From NCBI GenBank assembly GCA_030390025.1, contig CM059432.1:26538001-26602000 (forward strand): a stretch of 64,000 bases of DNA, in the 5' to 3' direction. This stretch comes from Squalus acanthias (lineage: Eukaryota). A program made the position numbers and the translations under genes. Shown here piece after piece: positions 12,651 to 25,590 of this stretch. The notes under the pieces were generated by a model. The model was not told the origin of the DNA and did no database searches. It was given only the letters and a program-made list of their open reading frames with translations. How positions within the stretch are numbered: position 1 is the stretch's first letter; the number at the start of each line of letters is the position of its first letter.

Positions 12651-13304
12651 TGTTGGAAAGTAACTGTTAAATGAGGACAAGATCAAGTTTTGCTGAAATG
12701 CTGACCCTGGTGTCTGGAATTACAAGTGACCACTTGGGCAAGATACAGAAGGACTACCAGTGCCTGTGGAAATGGACCCCAGTATAGGTTAATAGCTTGA
12801 GGTGAGAAAATAATTTTCACTTGTAATAACAACATAGTTGACTTAGGTCAGAGCAAATGGATAACATCACAATTATATTTACAGAATGCCAAATACTGTT
12901 TTGCCTTTTGAAGTGACGAATATATTACTTTCTGTAGAATAGTGATTTTATAAATATTGCTAATTTATTTGCTTTCCTTTGCCAAATATTTAAAAAAACA
13001 GTTACTTATTAGGCCTCAGGCATTTTGTATTTCAAAGTGCCGAATCATCATATGATCCAGATCAAACATGACATAATCGAGGAACAGGACTCCCAGTAAA
13101 CAAATAAATAAAATAACAAAATAAAGTCTCACTAACTGGTTAGAAGCAAAATCTGGAAATCATTGCAGGATCTAAAATTCAGGCACCAGTGATGATCGTC
13201 AGGTTGCTGATGACAAGGGCGTCAACGTTGTCGGGTTGCCTGTGGTATCACCTGTCTGCTAGTGTTGCAGTTGACGTCAAAAAGACCCATCTCTCAGCCA
13301 CGTG

Positions 13305-14570
13305 AAAACAACAACATGTATTTTTATAATACCTTTAAAGTAGGAAACATGGCAAGGTGCTTCACAGATTAGAAATGGGCAGCAAGCATTAGTAGAAGAG
13401 TTAGGAGAACAGACCAAAAACATGGTGAAAATGAAGAGCTTTTGAAGGTAGGGAGAGAAGAATCAAGGCAGAGGAGTTTGGGAGGGACTGCCAACATGGC
13501 TGAAGGCTGCGTCACCAATGGTAAAGGGATGGTAGGGGATGCACAAGAGGACAGAGTGAAAGGACTGAATAGTACAAGTTGGGAGATCTGGCTGAAGGAG
13601 GTTGAAGAGTTATGGTGGGACAAGGCAATGGAGGAGATTGTAAATGAGGTTAAGAATGTTCGATTCAATTTTTTTGGGGGGGTCAGGGAGCAATTGAGAT
13701 TGTGAAGATGGATTTGGTGGGGAGGGGTGAGAGCTCGGTGAGTGAGACTCACTATGAGACATGATGCAGGCACCAGAGTTTCGGGTAAGTTAGAGCTTGC
13801 ATAAGGTGGAGTAATAGAGGCTGGAAAGAAGGGTGTTGAAGATGTTGAGTTTGGAGGTAATGAAAGTATGGATAAGGTTTTCAGTGGTGTTGGGAGTGAG
13901 GTAATGGCAAAGGCAGGTGATATAATGGCAAAGGCAGGTGATATTAGAAAGGTAGAAGTAATTTTGGTGACAATGGGTGGTTGAGATATGGGCATTTGCT
14001 GTTTAGTTCAGGATTAAAAAGAAAGAAAGACTTGCATTTATATAGCGCCTTTCACAACCACCGGATGTCTCAAAGCACTTTACAGCCAATGAAGTACTTT
14101 TGAAGTGGAGTCACTGTTGTAAAATGGGAAACCCGGCAGCCAATTTGCGCACAGCAAACTCCCACAAATAGCAATGTGATAATGAACAGATAAACAGGTC
14201 ACTAAGGTTACGGATCACAGCCAGGGTATGAAATTTCTGTCAGGAGCCAAATAACATGGCTTCAGTCTTCCCATTGCTCAACCGGAGGAAGTTCTGTGTC
14301 ATACATGACTTGATGTATGTCAGGCAACACAAAGGTGCTCATGGATTGGTAGAAAAATAGAGCTGGGTATCAGCAGCATACACATGGAAATTGGCCCTTG
14401 AATCTATGGATAATGAAACAGAGGAGCAACATAGCAACAAGGAAAAGGAAGGAAGCAAGGATGGTTCTTTGGGGTACTCTGGAGGTGACAGTGCAGAGCC
14501 GGGAGGAAGAATCCGCTGCGGAAGTAGTGATGGCCACATAGGGATAGGTAGAGAAGCGGAACCCCCGACA
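13305..14570 (-). mobile_element. L2 LINE fragments interrupted by a DeuSINE tail (14018-14195)
   Basis: Degenerate L2 RT (SRVPQ.TIL...FHVYAADTQLY in ORFs 14339/14370). The 3' end matches the L2 tail seen at 25005. Confidence 0.75.
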
Positions 14571-15094
14571 AATGACAGAAATGAGCATTTTCTGCTTTTT
14601 GTGCCATTTTTCTCAGGGTTCCGAAGTTATGGAAGGAGAACAGGAGAACTCCTGCAGAACTGCAGGGCCTAGAACCTTAAAGGGGGAATAATTAAGTTGT
14701 TCCACCAATGCAGCCCTTTATGCACTAACCTGTCAATGTCCCACCCTAAATTCAAGAGGAGACCAAATGAAAACCTTCAGCATAAGTAGAAAAAAAAGCT
14801 TTGGTCAAATTCAGGAAAAACTCTGGAATATTCCCTTATCCCCTGAGACAATCAAGCAATACTGAAGAATATGCATCCATCTTATGTCTCCGCTATTCAG
14901 CCCTGTTCCATTCTCCTCGAAACAATATTCCTCCTTTACCACAATCCAGGAACAATCATATCCCAACAAGTATTTCACCATAAAAGAGAAAAACCTGTCA
15001 GTAGTTCTTTTTACTACTTCCCCCAGTGTACATTTTGTCTGATTAAAATTCAAACAATAGCTTTGGAGAGTAAAGTTCTCTCTTCTTTGTCCCA

Positions 15095-15232
15095 TCCAGC
15101 ACTCCCATGTAGAGCATGGTTTGATGCAGAGTAAAGCTCCTCCTACACTATCTCAAGCACTCTAATATTGAGCGTGATTTGATGCAGAGTAAAGCTCCCC
15201 TATCCTCTCCCATCAAACACTCCCATGTAGAT
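15095..15232 (+). repeat. ~60-bp tandem repeat, ~2.3 units
   Basis: tttgatgcagagtaaagctcc occurs at ~15120 and ~15178, and cactcccatgtaga recurs. Confidence 0.7.
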
Positions 15233-16697
15233 TAAAATGCTTCCTCCAGTTTGACTCAATAAAGTGCCTTAGACTCCCCCTCAGAAGAGTGCTGGTGTGC
15301 CATTTCTATTTCTCACACCATCCCTCTTGTGCTTTCTCTTAGTGAGGCCAGTTAGTACTAAATTTTACAATAGTTTTATACTGTGATCTTGCAGCCTCAT
15401 AGGTACTTGATTGAAACTACCCAAAACTTATTTCACATAGATGCCTTACAGCCAACAGAAAGACTAGACTTTCATCCCATGGGCCTGCAATGGATTCAAG
15501 CCCTGGGGTAATTTTATTGACTGCTTATTGTTTCCAACTGCCTCTACTCCATCATCAGTGGTGGCACTTGCAGCTAATATGAGCCTGACCTCTGTAAACA
15601 TCTTCCTAGATACGTCTTCCTTGCTATCTTTTTTCCTGCTTTCAATAGCCTCCTCAAAATCCTTTTCTTCAACTGTGCCCTTCGTTCAACCCCCAAATTT
15701 TCCATCTTTCCTTTTTCCCCTCTTGTTTGCCATCTACGGTTTTTCTTCCATTTTATAAAGTGCTTGAGACCTCACAGTATATGTGAGAAGTGCTATAGAA
15801 ATGTGTGCTGTTGCTACTGGTGCGTAGGTGAAGTATTGTTATTGAGTTCTTTTGTTATAAGAATCATTTTAAATCTCCAGTTGCAAAAAGCTCAATAAAA
15901 GAGTGTAGTACAGCTTTAAGGGCAGGCCTTGCCTACATTAGTTCCTGTGGTAAATTAATCTTTAAAACAGAATCCAATATGATATGAATCTTATATTCTG
16001 TAGTTACACTTGGGATCCAATTCAATTTGGAATTGAATCCAATTTCTGCATTGTTTGCACTCCACCTTATCCCCAAACTGAGACACGGATGGCTCCTTTT
16101 TTTAATTAATGAGGCCTGAAAGTACCCTTCCCTGCCAGTCTGTCTGTGTTTGAGTTTGTCTGTAACAGTGATCGATAAAACCGGAATAATCTCACCTGCT
16201 TCAAGGAAAATTAATAAAACAAATAAATCAGGCAGAAGAATTTTTAAAAAGACCAGGCTTGAATTTCTGAAACTTCTGAGTCCAGGAAGAGTCAAAATTA
16301 AACTTTGCAGATAAAAAGCAAGTGCATGAAATCTGAAAATAGCAGGAACTATACGGCAGGTCTGTCAGGATCTGAAAGGCAAAAAGACTAACATTTTGGT
16401 CAAAGACCTTTCATCAATGTGTTGTCATGAATTGGCTCAAACTGAATCTTCTTTTCAGATGCTGACTGTGGAAAGAAAGAAAGAAAGACTTCCATTTATA
16501 TACGGAGTGATTACTTGCACCGCATTTGTAACTCTGTGCATGCACGCCCGCGTTTGGTACCACACCTGTACCGCATGTGGTACCGCACTCGATCCGGTCG
16601 CGCATGCGCAGTACCCAATGGCACGGCGGCTGCGGCCTGCACCGCCATGCTTTCCTTGGCTCAGTGCAGAAGGTCAGGGGATCAGATGTGGGGGGTA

Positions 16698-18149
16698 GAG
16701 AGGAGAGGCGATCGAAGGGGAGGAGAGAGGAAAGGCGATCGAAGGGGAGGAGAGAGGAGAGGCGATCGAAGGGGAGGGGAGAGGAAAGGCGATCGAAGGG
16801 GAGGAGAGAGGAGAGTGGATCGAAGGGGAGGAGAGAGGAGAGTGGATCGAAGGGGAGGAGAGAGGAGAGGCGATCGAAGGGGAGGAGAGAGGAGAGTGGA
16901 TCGAAGGGGAGGAGGGAGGAGAGTGGATCGAAGGGGAGGAGGGAGGAGAGTGGATCGAAGGGGAGGAGGGAGGAGAGTGGATCGAAGGGGAGGAGAGAGG
17001 AGAGTGGATCGAAGGGGAGGAGAGAGGAGAGTGGATCGAAGGGGAGGAGAGAGGAGAGTGGATCGAAGGGGAGGAGGGAGGAGAGGCGATCGAAGGGGAG
17101 GAGAGAGGAGAGGCGATCGAAGGGGAGGAGAGAGGAGAGGCGATCGAAGGGGAGGGGGGAGGAGAGTGGATCGAAGGGGAGGAGGGAGGAGAGTGGATCG
17201 AAGGGGAGGAGGGAGGAGAGTGGATCGAAGGGGAGGAGAGAGGAGAGGCGATCGAAGGGGAGGAGAGAGGAGAGTGGATCAAAGGGGAGGAGGGAGGAGA
17301 GTGGATCAAAGGGGAGGAGGGAGGAGAGGCGATCGAAGGGGAGGAGAGAGGAGAGTGGATCGAAGGGGAGGAGGGAGGAGAGTGGATCGAAGGGGAGGAG
17401 GGAGGAGAGTGGATCGAAGGGGAGGAGAGTGGATCGAAGGGGAGGAGAGAGGAGAGTGGATCGAAGGGGAGGAGGGAGGAGAGTGGATCGAAGGGGAGGA
17501 GAGTGGATCGAAGGGGAGGAGGGAGGAGAGTGGATCGAAGAGGAGGAGAGAGGAGAGTGGGTCGAAGGGGAGGAGAGAGGAGAGTGGATCGAAGGGGAGG
17601 AGAGTGGAGAGTGGATCGAAGGGGAGGAGAGTGGATCGAAGGGGAGGAGAGTGGATCGAAGGGGAGGAGGGAGGAGAGTGGATCGAAGGGGAGGAGAGAG
17701 GAGAGTGGGTCGAAGGGGAGGAGAGAGGAGAGTGGATCGAAGGGGAGGAGAGTGGAGAGTGGATCGAAGGGGAGGAGAGTGGATCGAAGGGGAGGAGAGT
17801 GGATCGAAGGGGAGGAGGGAGGAGAGTGGATCGAAGGGGAGGAGAGAGGGGAGTGGATCGAAGGGGAGGAGAGTGGAGAGTGGATCGAAGGGGAGGAGAG
17901 TGGATCGAAGGGGAGGAGAGAGGAGAGACGATCGAAGGGGAGGAGGGAGGAGAGTGGGTCGAAGGGGAGGAGAGAGGAGAGTGGATCGAAGGGGAGGAGA
18001 GTGGAGAGTGGATCGAAGGGGAGGAGGGAGGAGAGTGGATCGAAGGGGAGGAGAGAGGAGAGTGGATCGAAGGGGAGGAGAGTGGAGAGTGGATCGAAGG
18101 GGAGGAGAGTGGATCGAAAGGGAGGGGAGAGGAGAGTGGATCGAAGGGG
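16698..18149 (+). repeat. Polypurine minisatellite, 27-bp unit (gaggagagtggatcgaaggggaggaga) with 20-bp variant units
   Basis: Direct tandem array. The 27-bp period explains the 9-aa repetitive ORFs in several frames. Confidence 0.97.
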
Positions 18150-18249
18150 TAGCCTTGGGAAGTGATCGAATTTGGTTCTAATTGCCGATGCCGATGGCAC
18201 AACGAGCGGGCGGGAGTTCCGGGCCGGGCTGGCGGTGGGCAGGGAAAGA

Positions 18250-18648
18250 ATGAATGGTAGTATAGTGGTTATGTTACTAGACTAGTAATCCCGAGGCCTG
18301 GACTAATGCTCCAGAGACATATGAGTTCAAATCCCACCATAGCAGCTGGGGAATTTAAATTCAGTTAATAAATAAATCCGGAATAAAAAGCTAGTATCAG
18401 AAATGGTGACCATGAAACTATCAGGTTGTCGTAAAAACCCATCTGGTTCACTAATGTCCTTTATGGAAGGAAACCTGCCGTCCTTACCTGGTCTGGCCTA
18501 CATGTGACTACAGACCCACAGCAATGTGGTTGACTTAACAGCCCTCTGAAATGGTCTAACAAGCCACTCAGTTAAGGGCAATTAGGGATAGGCAATAAAT
18601 GCTAGCCTTGCCAGCGATGCCCATATCCCATGAATGAATTTTTAAAAA
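18250..18648 (+). mobile_element. Full-length tRNA-derived SINE whose 3' tail matches the second CR1-group LINE
   Basis: A box tagtatagtgg (18258-18268), B box gttcaaatcc (18325-18334). The tail from 18574 matches the LINE end 54292-54360. A partial copy lies at ~41350-41500. Confidence 0.85.
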
Positions 18649-19302
18649 AGGAACTCGGGTGGTGGGGGGGGGGGAAAGGGCAAGAACTTCGGGGGGAGGG
18701 CAGGAACTCGGGGAGGGAAGAGAACAGTGGGGATGGGGGAAGAACGTGATCCAGGTCTAAAGGGGGGAGGGATGAGAGCGTGACCGTCATCCAGATGAGA
18801 AGACCCCACCCGCACCCGCTTTACACCTGCACTGCGTTCTCCCTCTCCTCCCCTCTAGACCTGGTTGATTTCTCAGAAAGCCCGGCACATATGTGGAAAG
18901 TGACATCATTGGACTGGATGAAATTTGGAAGCCATGCCACTGTCACTATTCACTTCATACCCAATAAACCTGTTAACAACCCACACACAATGGCCCATCT
19001 GGGTGGGAGAAGGTCAAAAACTTGTTGTGGGGGGAGAAGGTCAGGAACTTGTTGTGGGGGTGGGGGGGAGGAGAAGGTCCTAATCCAGGAGGGTGAGCCC
19101 TGTCTGTTCTCTGAAAGCAGTAGCGTTAGCATTATGAGCTCTGTCTGGAGCCTGGCTGTCACAATGAATGGATCAAATTACACATTGCAAAGATTTTGAT
19201 TACTCAGGCAGGCTGGATCTAATTACACATTCCAGAAAAACTGCTGGGTGTGTCTTGTCCTCCAAGGGGACCAATCAGAACTTTGGTGTTGCAAATACAC
19301 GC

Positions 19303-19520
19303 TGCCATTTATATAGCACCTTTCATGACGTCAGGACGTCCCAAAGGGCATTACAGCCAATGAAGTATTTATGAGGTGCAGTCAATGTTATAATGTAGGA
19401 AACATGGCAGCCAATTTGCACACCACAAGCTCCCATAAACAGCAATGTGATAATGATCAGATAATGTATCTTTTAGCGATGTTGATTGAGGGGTAAATAT
19501 TGGCCAGGACACCAGGGAAA
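19303..19520 (-). mobile_element. DeuSINE 3' half
   Basis: Reverse complement of the DeuSINE body and tail. Confidence 0.8.
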
Positions 19521-19597
19521 TCTTTGAGAGGGAAGACGCACTGCATTGAAATATCAGTTAGGTAACGGAGGCAAACACACTGTAATCATAGGAGACA

Positions 19598-19845
19598 ACA
19601 TAGAAACATAGAAACATAGAAACTAGGAGCAGGAGTAGGCCATTCGGCCCGTCGAGCCTGCTCCACCATTCAATACGATCATGGCTGATCATCCAAATCC
19701 AGTACCCTGTCCCTGCTTTCTCACACAGAATCCCCACATCGAGCCTGCACCTATCCCACCCTATCCCCGTAACCCCACGTATTTAATTCCCCCTAACATA
19801 TCCCATCCTATCCCCATAACCCCACATATTTAATCACCCCCAATG
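19598..19845 (-). mobile_element. CR1/HER1 3' end with (TTCTATGT)n tail plus adjoining duplicated pieces
   Basis: catagaaacatagaaacatagaaa...ggagtaggccattcggccc. atcccaccctatcccc.taaccccac occurs twice. Confidence 0.7.
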
Positions 19846-20524
19846 ATTGCAGTGAAGGAATGGTAGGCCTTTAAAGAAGATGGACCAAACGGCTTCCCTC
19901 GTCTGTACTTACCTTGGTGATCTTTGATCAGTGGTGCTGAGTCCAGGCAGAATTGAGGAACTGGAGGTAATTTATCAGGAAAAATTACCAACAATTTTTT
20001 TTTAAATTAACAGGAAAATAACAAAGAAAATGCAGAAACTATCAAATCAGTGATGAGCCATTGCCACACCTGTCACTGATTAGAACAAGGTGTAATCAAT
20101 GAGAGAAATCATAAGTAAATATAAAGAAAAGAAAATCCTGGAAATATACAGCATATCAATCAGCATCTGAAAGGGAAAGACAGTTGTTAAAGAAATGCAT
20201 TAAGAGCAGCTAAGGTTTTTCAGTCTCAAAAAGTGATGCTTTGAGGGACTTTATGGAGGTGTGTAAAATAGTTAACGGATGGCACACTTGAAACAGTACT
20301 TTCAGATACGCCAAAGCAGAAGGACAACGGGGCACAGTTTCAAGGTTTTGAAGGGCAAGGTTAGGACTGTCGGAAGTATTTCTTTACACAGAGGTCAACA
20401 GCTGGCACGGGACAATAGACCAATTTAAAAGAAACATGAGTGTGTAATGGGAATACAGTAGGGTTGATATTCTGCAAGAATGGGACTAAAGGGAATTCAT
20501 CAAACCTTGTGGTGTCATGCTTGT

Positions 20525-20962
20525 CTCAGCAATCTCGCCTCTGAGTCAGAAGGTCATGGGTTCAAGTCTCACTCCAGAGAACTAACCACATAATCTAGGC
20601 TGACACTTCAGTGCAGTACTGCACGAGTGCTGCACTGTCGGATGTGCCGTCATTTAAATGAGACATTAAACCAAAGCCTTGTCTACAATTTCAGGTGGAC
20701 GTTAAAGATCCCATGGTACTATTTGAAAAAGAGCAGAGGAGTTCTCCCGGTAACCTGGCCAATATTTATCCCTCAACCAACACCCAGAACAGATGATCTG
20801 GTCATTTATTCATTGCTGTTTGTGGGACCTTGCTGTGTGCAAGTTGGCTGCTGTGTTTTCTACATTACAACAGTGACTACACTTCAAAAGTACTTCATTG
20901 GTTGCAAAGCGCTTTGGGACATCCTGAGGTTGTGAAAAGCGCTATATAAATGCAAGCTCTTC
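20525..20962 (+). mobile_element. Near full-length SacSINE1/DeuSINE-type SINE
   Basis: tRNA-like head with B box ggttcaagtc, central body, and L2-like tail gcgctatataaatgcaag. Confidence 0.88.
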
Positions 20963-21489
20963 TTATCTTGGTACTTTACGGATAGTCTTTCTTTCTATCT
21001 TATGGGGTTAATGTTTTTGGTAACCCTTTATCAGAACTGAATAGGCCCAGCTAAGCCACTTAGCTTTCTCTCTCAGCTATTGACAGACCTGCTGTGTACA
21101 TTCAACATTTTCTATTTTCGTATCAAATTTTCAGCATTCGTGGTTATCATTTCACCTCTACAGAATTAAATGGCTTTCCAACAGTACTTATGTAGGGCAG
21201 TAATAATTGGTGAAATGAGCTTTGTGGGCCCACAGCACCTTAATGCAGCATTAATTGGCATTAAATTACTATCATCACTCAGAAAGCAGAAGTGATAGCT
21301 CATGTAGGAAGTGGTGGAAATGTTGCACTGGTGAAGTAAAGAGCAATCTTCTGAGGTTAGGGTTGACACACATTGTCGGGGCTGAGTAGAAGGAAGTTTA
21401 CTGAGCTCAGAGTGCTTGATGTTGTCACTGGATGCCTGGAGGGAAGTGTTCCATTCCCCAGTTCTGACAATGGCAGCTGAAATTTAATG

Positions 21490-22625
21490 TGGAGAAGTGT
21501 AAAGTATTGTATATAAGAAAGAAAATGAGTAGAACATGTGATGGTGTTAAAATAGCTGAAGATGAAGTTCAAAGAGACCTAGGAGACTTAACAGTTTTGC
21601 ACTCAACGGGGTAGATCTTGATGGGGTAGAGCGGTCGGCAGCCCGCTTTACATCTCTCCGAATATTTTGTTCTAGACTTTAATGGAAATATAAATTGTGA
21701 GAGATGTAAAATGGGCAGCCGACTCACTATCACCCAATTTACACTATCACATAGCCACCAATGTAGAGCAGTATGCAACAAAAGCCAATAAGATGCTGAA
21801 CTATATAGCCAAAACAATAGAACACAAGTCAGAGGAAGTCATGACCAAACTATACTGTACTCTAGTCAGAACACACTTTGAATACCATGACCAATCTGAT
21901 CATTGAGATACCAGAGAGATTTTCCAGTGCTGGAAGCATTGCAGAGAAGAGCCAGGAGACTGTTCCCTAGAGTCAAAGGGCTTAGTTATGAGGATAGAGT
22001 GGAGAAACTTGGGCTTTTTGATGAGATATCTGTGATGCGTACCATTGGTGGCCGTGTCTTCAGCTGCCTAGGCCCCACGCTCTGGAATTCCATCCCTAAG
22101 CCCCTCTTTCTCTCCACCTCCCTCTCCTCCTTTAAAACTCCCCATAAAACTCACCTCTTTGACCAAGCTTTTGGTCACCCGTCCAAATATCTTCTTTTTC
22201 ACAGCGTCTGTTTTTGATCACACTTCAGTGAAGTGCTTTGGGGCATTTTCTATTTTAAAGGCTCAATATAAATGCAAGTTGTCTTTTTTTGTTGTTGAGA
22301 GGTGATCTTTTATGTAGGTCTGTAAGATAGTAAATGGCACAGAAAAAGCCCAGAGTAGGACAAAGGAATGCAGGTTCAAATTAGTAAAAGTCAAATATAG
22401 GATTGATATCAAGAAGTTCTTCTTCATACAATGTAATCAATACATAGAATTGCCTTCCGGATAGAATAGATAGACCCTTGAATTATTTAAGAAACAATTA
22501 GATGTTGCAATGGGCGAGGGAGTGGGGGGCAGGGAAACGGACCGACAGGCTTCCATTTCCCTCTGGATAGATAACCTAAGATGGGCCAAATGGCTTTCCT
22601 CATCTGTAACTATCCTCTGATCTTG
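21490..22625 (+). mobile_element. Old CR1 3' fragment interrupted by a palindromic MITE (~21608-21750) and an L2 3' end (~22040-22290)
   Basis: KANKMLNYI..LYCTLVRTHFEY and LEALQRRA.RL.P. The L2 segment is GGRVFSCLGPTLWNSIP..FKT..KTHLF. Confidence 0.75.
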
Positions 22626-22644
22626 TGAGGTCCCTCACCTTTAG

Positions 22645-23075
22645 GTGTCAGTCATGGCTCAGTAGCAGCACTCTCGCTTCTGAATTAGAAAGTTGTGGGT
22701 TCAAATCCCACTACCAGAGACTTGGAAAAAAATTCTAGGCTCATACTCCAAAGCTGTACTGAGGGAGAGCTGCACTGTCAGAGTTGCCATCTTTGGGATG
22801 ACACATTAAACTGAGGCATTGTTTGCCCTCTCAAGTGGACTTAAATATCCATAGCACTATTTTAAAAAAAGTGTAGGGGAGTACTCCCTGGTGACTTGGT
22901 GAATATTTATCCCACAACTAACATCATTAAAACAGATTATCTGGTAATTATCACATTGCTGTTTGTGGGATCTTGCAGTGACTACACTTCAAAAGTAATT
23001 CATTGGCTGTAAAGCACTTTTGGAATGTCCTGAAGTCATGAAAGGCTCTATATAAATGCAAGTCTCTCCTTTTTT
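22645..23075 (+). mobile_element. DeuSINE copy
   Basis: gtcagtcatggctcagtagcagcactctcgc...ggttcaaatcccact...ctatataaatgcaag. Confidence 0.85.
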
Positions 23076-24469
23076 TCTTTTTTTTGAGCACAAAATTCAC
23101 AACCAAAAATAAAACTAGTGCCTTAGTTGATAAAGACACTATCTAGTAAAGTACTAAATCACCCAAACCAAGAGATCCCAGGTTTGATTCATGTTTTGTA
23201 CTGTTAGCATATCTTAGCTGGGATAGCCATAGGGCTGAGAAAAGGGGAAAAAAATACAGATGAGATTCCAAATCTGATTGCTATCCATTGACTCCTGATA
23301 GAAATCACTTGCATACAGACAGCAGGTAAGGCTCTTCTGTAATACCCTGCATAGTCAAATACTACTTAATTTATGCATGTAGAATAGCCACTTGGGTGAG
23401 GTGATGGAGGCCTACCCATGAGTCAACATCTTCAAGGTGAGAAGGGAGAAAAATGATCCCCTCTCACCTTGAGGAGTACAAGATAAGGCTGGCTCCTCTA
23501 TTTCCTCCCCTCAATCCTCTGATTTATATGCAGGCTGAAGCTAGACCGAGCAGTTCCTTATTTACGTATTCTGCTTTGAGCCTCCCTTCTCAAATTAACT
23601 GCTTTCTGGTGCTAAGCACCTTACATTCCTCCAGGGTATTAATTCACACTCAGCTGTAGCCTACACGTTCCTGAACTAATGAATAATATTACGGGTGGAC
23701 TGAGTAAACCCCCTCCCAGCACTCCGATGTCCTGTTTTTAAAGAAATACGGTGGAGAGCATTTTTAATTAAAAATTAAACCGTCTGCTTCAGCCAACCCT
23801 TGTATACAGCTGGGCTCATTAAATACAGCAACTACGCCCCATTCTATTGAAATTTGTCAGTGCAGATCCTGCTGTAATTAAAGACACAATTAGTATTCAT
23901 ACAAGTAGAACTATTTGAGCGGCGAAGCTTTTAATCTGTGAAGCATGTAGAAGGATATTTTCCTAATTAGTCTGGAGCAGTCGTCAATAAGATGGTTTTC
24001 CGGGGGTGGGGGTGGTTGGGGGGTGGCAGAAGAGAGAGGTCCTGAAAATGCAGATAAAAGGTCAGGCTAATTGAATGGTTTTGTTTAATCATTTGTTTTT
24101 GACTTTAAATGGCTGTGCAGTCGTTTAGTAACTGATAAGCGCTACAAAAACCTCAGAGGCCCCACAGCAGAGCTGAAGCAGACACAGGCAACCCAGATCA
24201 TGTTCTGTAAGAATTCTCCCTGGATTATCATCTATAATGCAGGACGATTCTCTGCCCGGACGGCACTTAAAGCAGTCATGGTGATGAAACTGCTCATTTC
24301 CACCCCAACAACCATTCTTAAAGGGACAACACTCCATGAAAAAATGTTTAGTAAGACATTCAGCAAAATATGGCAGTTAATCCAGGCAAAGTATTCACTA
24401 TGGTGATGGGTTCAGCTACAAGTTCAAAATTAGGAGTAAGTAGGAAAAGTAAATTGTCTCACATCCTGA

Positions 24470-24870
24470 ATTCCCCAAAGCCTCTTCACCACCTGCAAGG
24501 TGCAAATCAGGTGTACATCGGAATGCAGGCCACTTGCCTGGAAGGGTGAAGCTGCAACAACACTTAAGAAGTTCGACACCATCAGGACAAAGTAGTCCGC
24601 TCGATCGGCACCACCCATTTGCCTGAACATCCACCACCGGCATACTGTGGCTGCAGTGTGTACTATCTACAGGCGCACAGCAGCACTTAGAAGATAGGAG
24701 CAGGAGTAGGCCATTCGGCCCCTCAAGCCTGCTCCGCCATTTAATGAGATCATGGCTGATAATCACTTCCCAAACCCATGACCTCCACCACCCAGAAGGA
24801 CAAGGGCAGCAGGGAACACAATCACCTCCAAGTTCCTCTCCAAGTCATACAACATCCTGACTTGGACATT
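24470..24870 (+). mobile_element. Fragment of the second CR1-group LINE, interrupted by a short HER1 3' end (~24690-24760)
   Basis: Homologous to 53805-54160 (ccccaaagcct.tccaccatctacaaggc..., cctagaaggacaagggcagcagg). Confidence 0.75.
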
Positions 24871-25004
24871 TCTCAAATTCTTCTTGCTTATGTGTATTTT
24901 TTTTAATAAATAAACCCAGAAGAGTAGTTTAACCTGTATAAAACAGTCTAATGGTGTGAATCTTCCATTATTCAGATTGACAGAAGATGCAGGGAGCATC
25001 CTAT

Positions 25005-25440
25005 GTAACAACAACAACTTGCATTTATATGGCATCTTTAACATAGTAAAGCGTCCCAAGGCACTTCACAACAACGGAATCAGGCAAAAATTGACACCGC
25101 TCCAAAGAAGGAGACATTAGGATAGGTGACCAAAAGCTTGGCCAAAGAGGTAGGTTTTGAAGAGCATCTTACAGGAGGACAGAGAGGTGGAGAGGCAGAG
25201 AGGTTTAGGACGGAATTCCAGAGCTTGGGGCCTAGAAAGCTGAAGTACAGCTGCCAATGGAGCAGTGAAGGAAGTTAGAGATGTACAAAGGGTCAGAGTA
25301 GGAGGAATGCAGAGTTCTCGGAGGGTTGTTGGGCTAGAGGAGGTTACAGAGACAGGGAGGGATGAGGCCATGGGGTGATTTAAACACAAGAACGCTAACT
25401 TTAAACTTGAGGTGTTTGGGGACCGGGAGCCAATGCAGGG
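25005..25440 (-). mobile_element. L2 LINE 3' end
   Basis: (TTG)n tail and atataaatgcaag on the minus strand. ORF 25117..25389 has LSSCKMLFKTYLFGQAF. Confidence 0.85.
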
Positions 25441-25590
25441 TGTTTTAGTGCTGGTAACTAGGAGGGGACATATATAAGCAGAGTTACTCAGGAATGCTCT
25501 AACTTGGTTTAGAATGGAGTTGGATTGGGTTTTTATTTTCGTAGTAGCTTAAGGAAGGGTAAACTTGTCACTTTCATCTTCCCATAATTA

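Noticed and set aside
14605..14690. Possible terminal exon after tttttctcag
   Set aside because: All frames stop within ~25 codons, the peptides are unrecognisable, and no partner exons were found.
16698..18149. CRISPR-like array
   Set aside because: Units are contiguous with no unique spacers, there are no cas genes, and the context is vertebrate.
16515..18202. Five long ORFs (220-545 aa) on both strands
   Set aside because: Artefact of a stop-free 27-bp minisatellite. Several frames are open and encode only low-complexity repeats.
20045..20082. C/D box snoRNA (gtgatga...ctga with a terminal stem)
   Set aside because: Only ~38 nt, too short for a snoRNA. Probably a chance hairpin.
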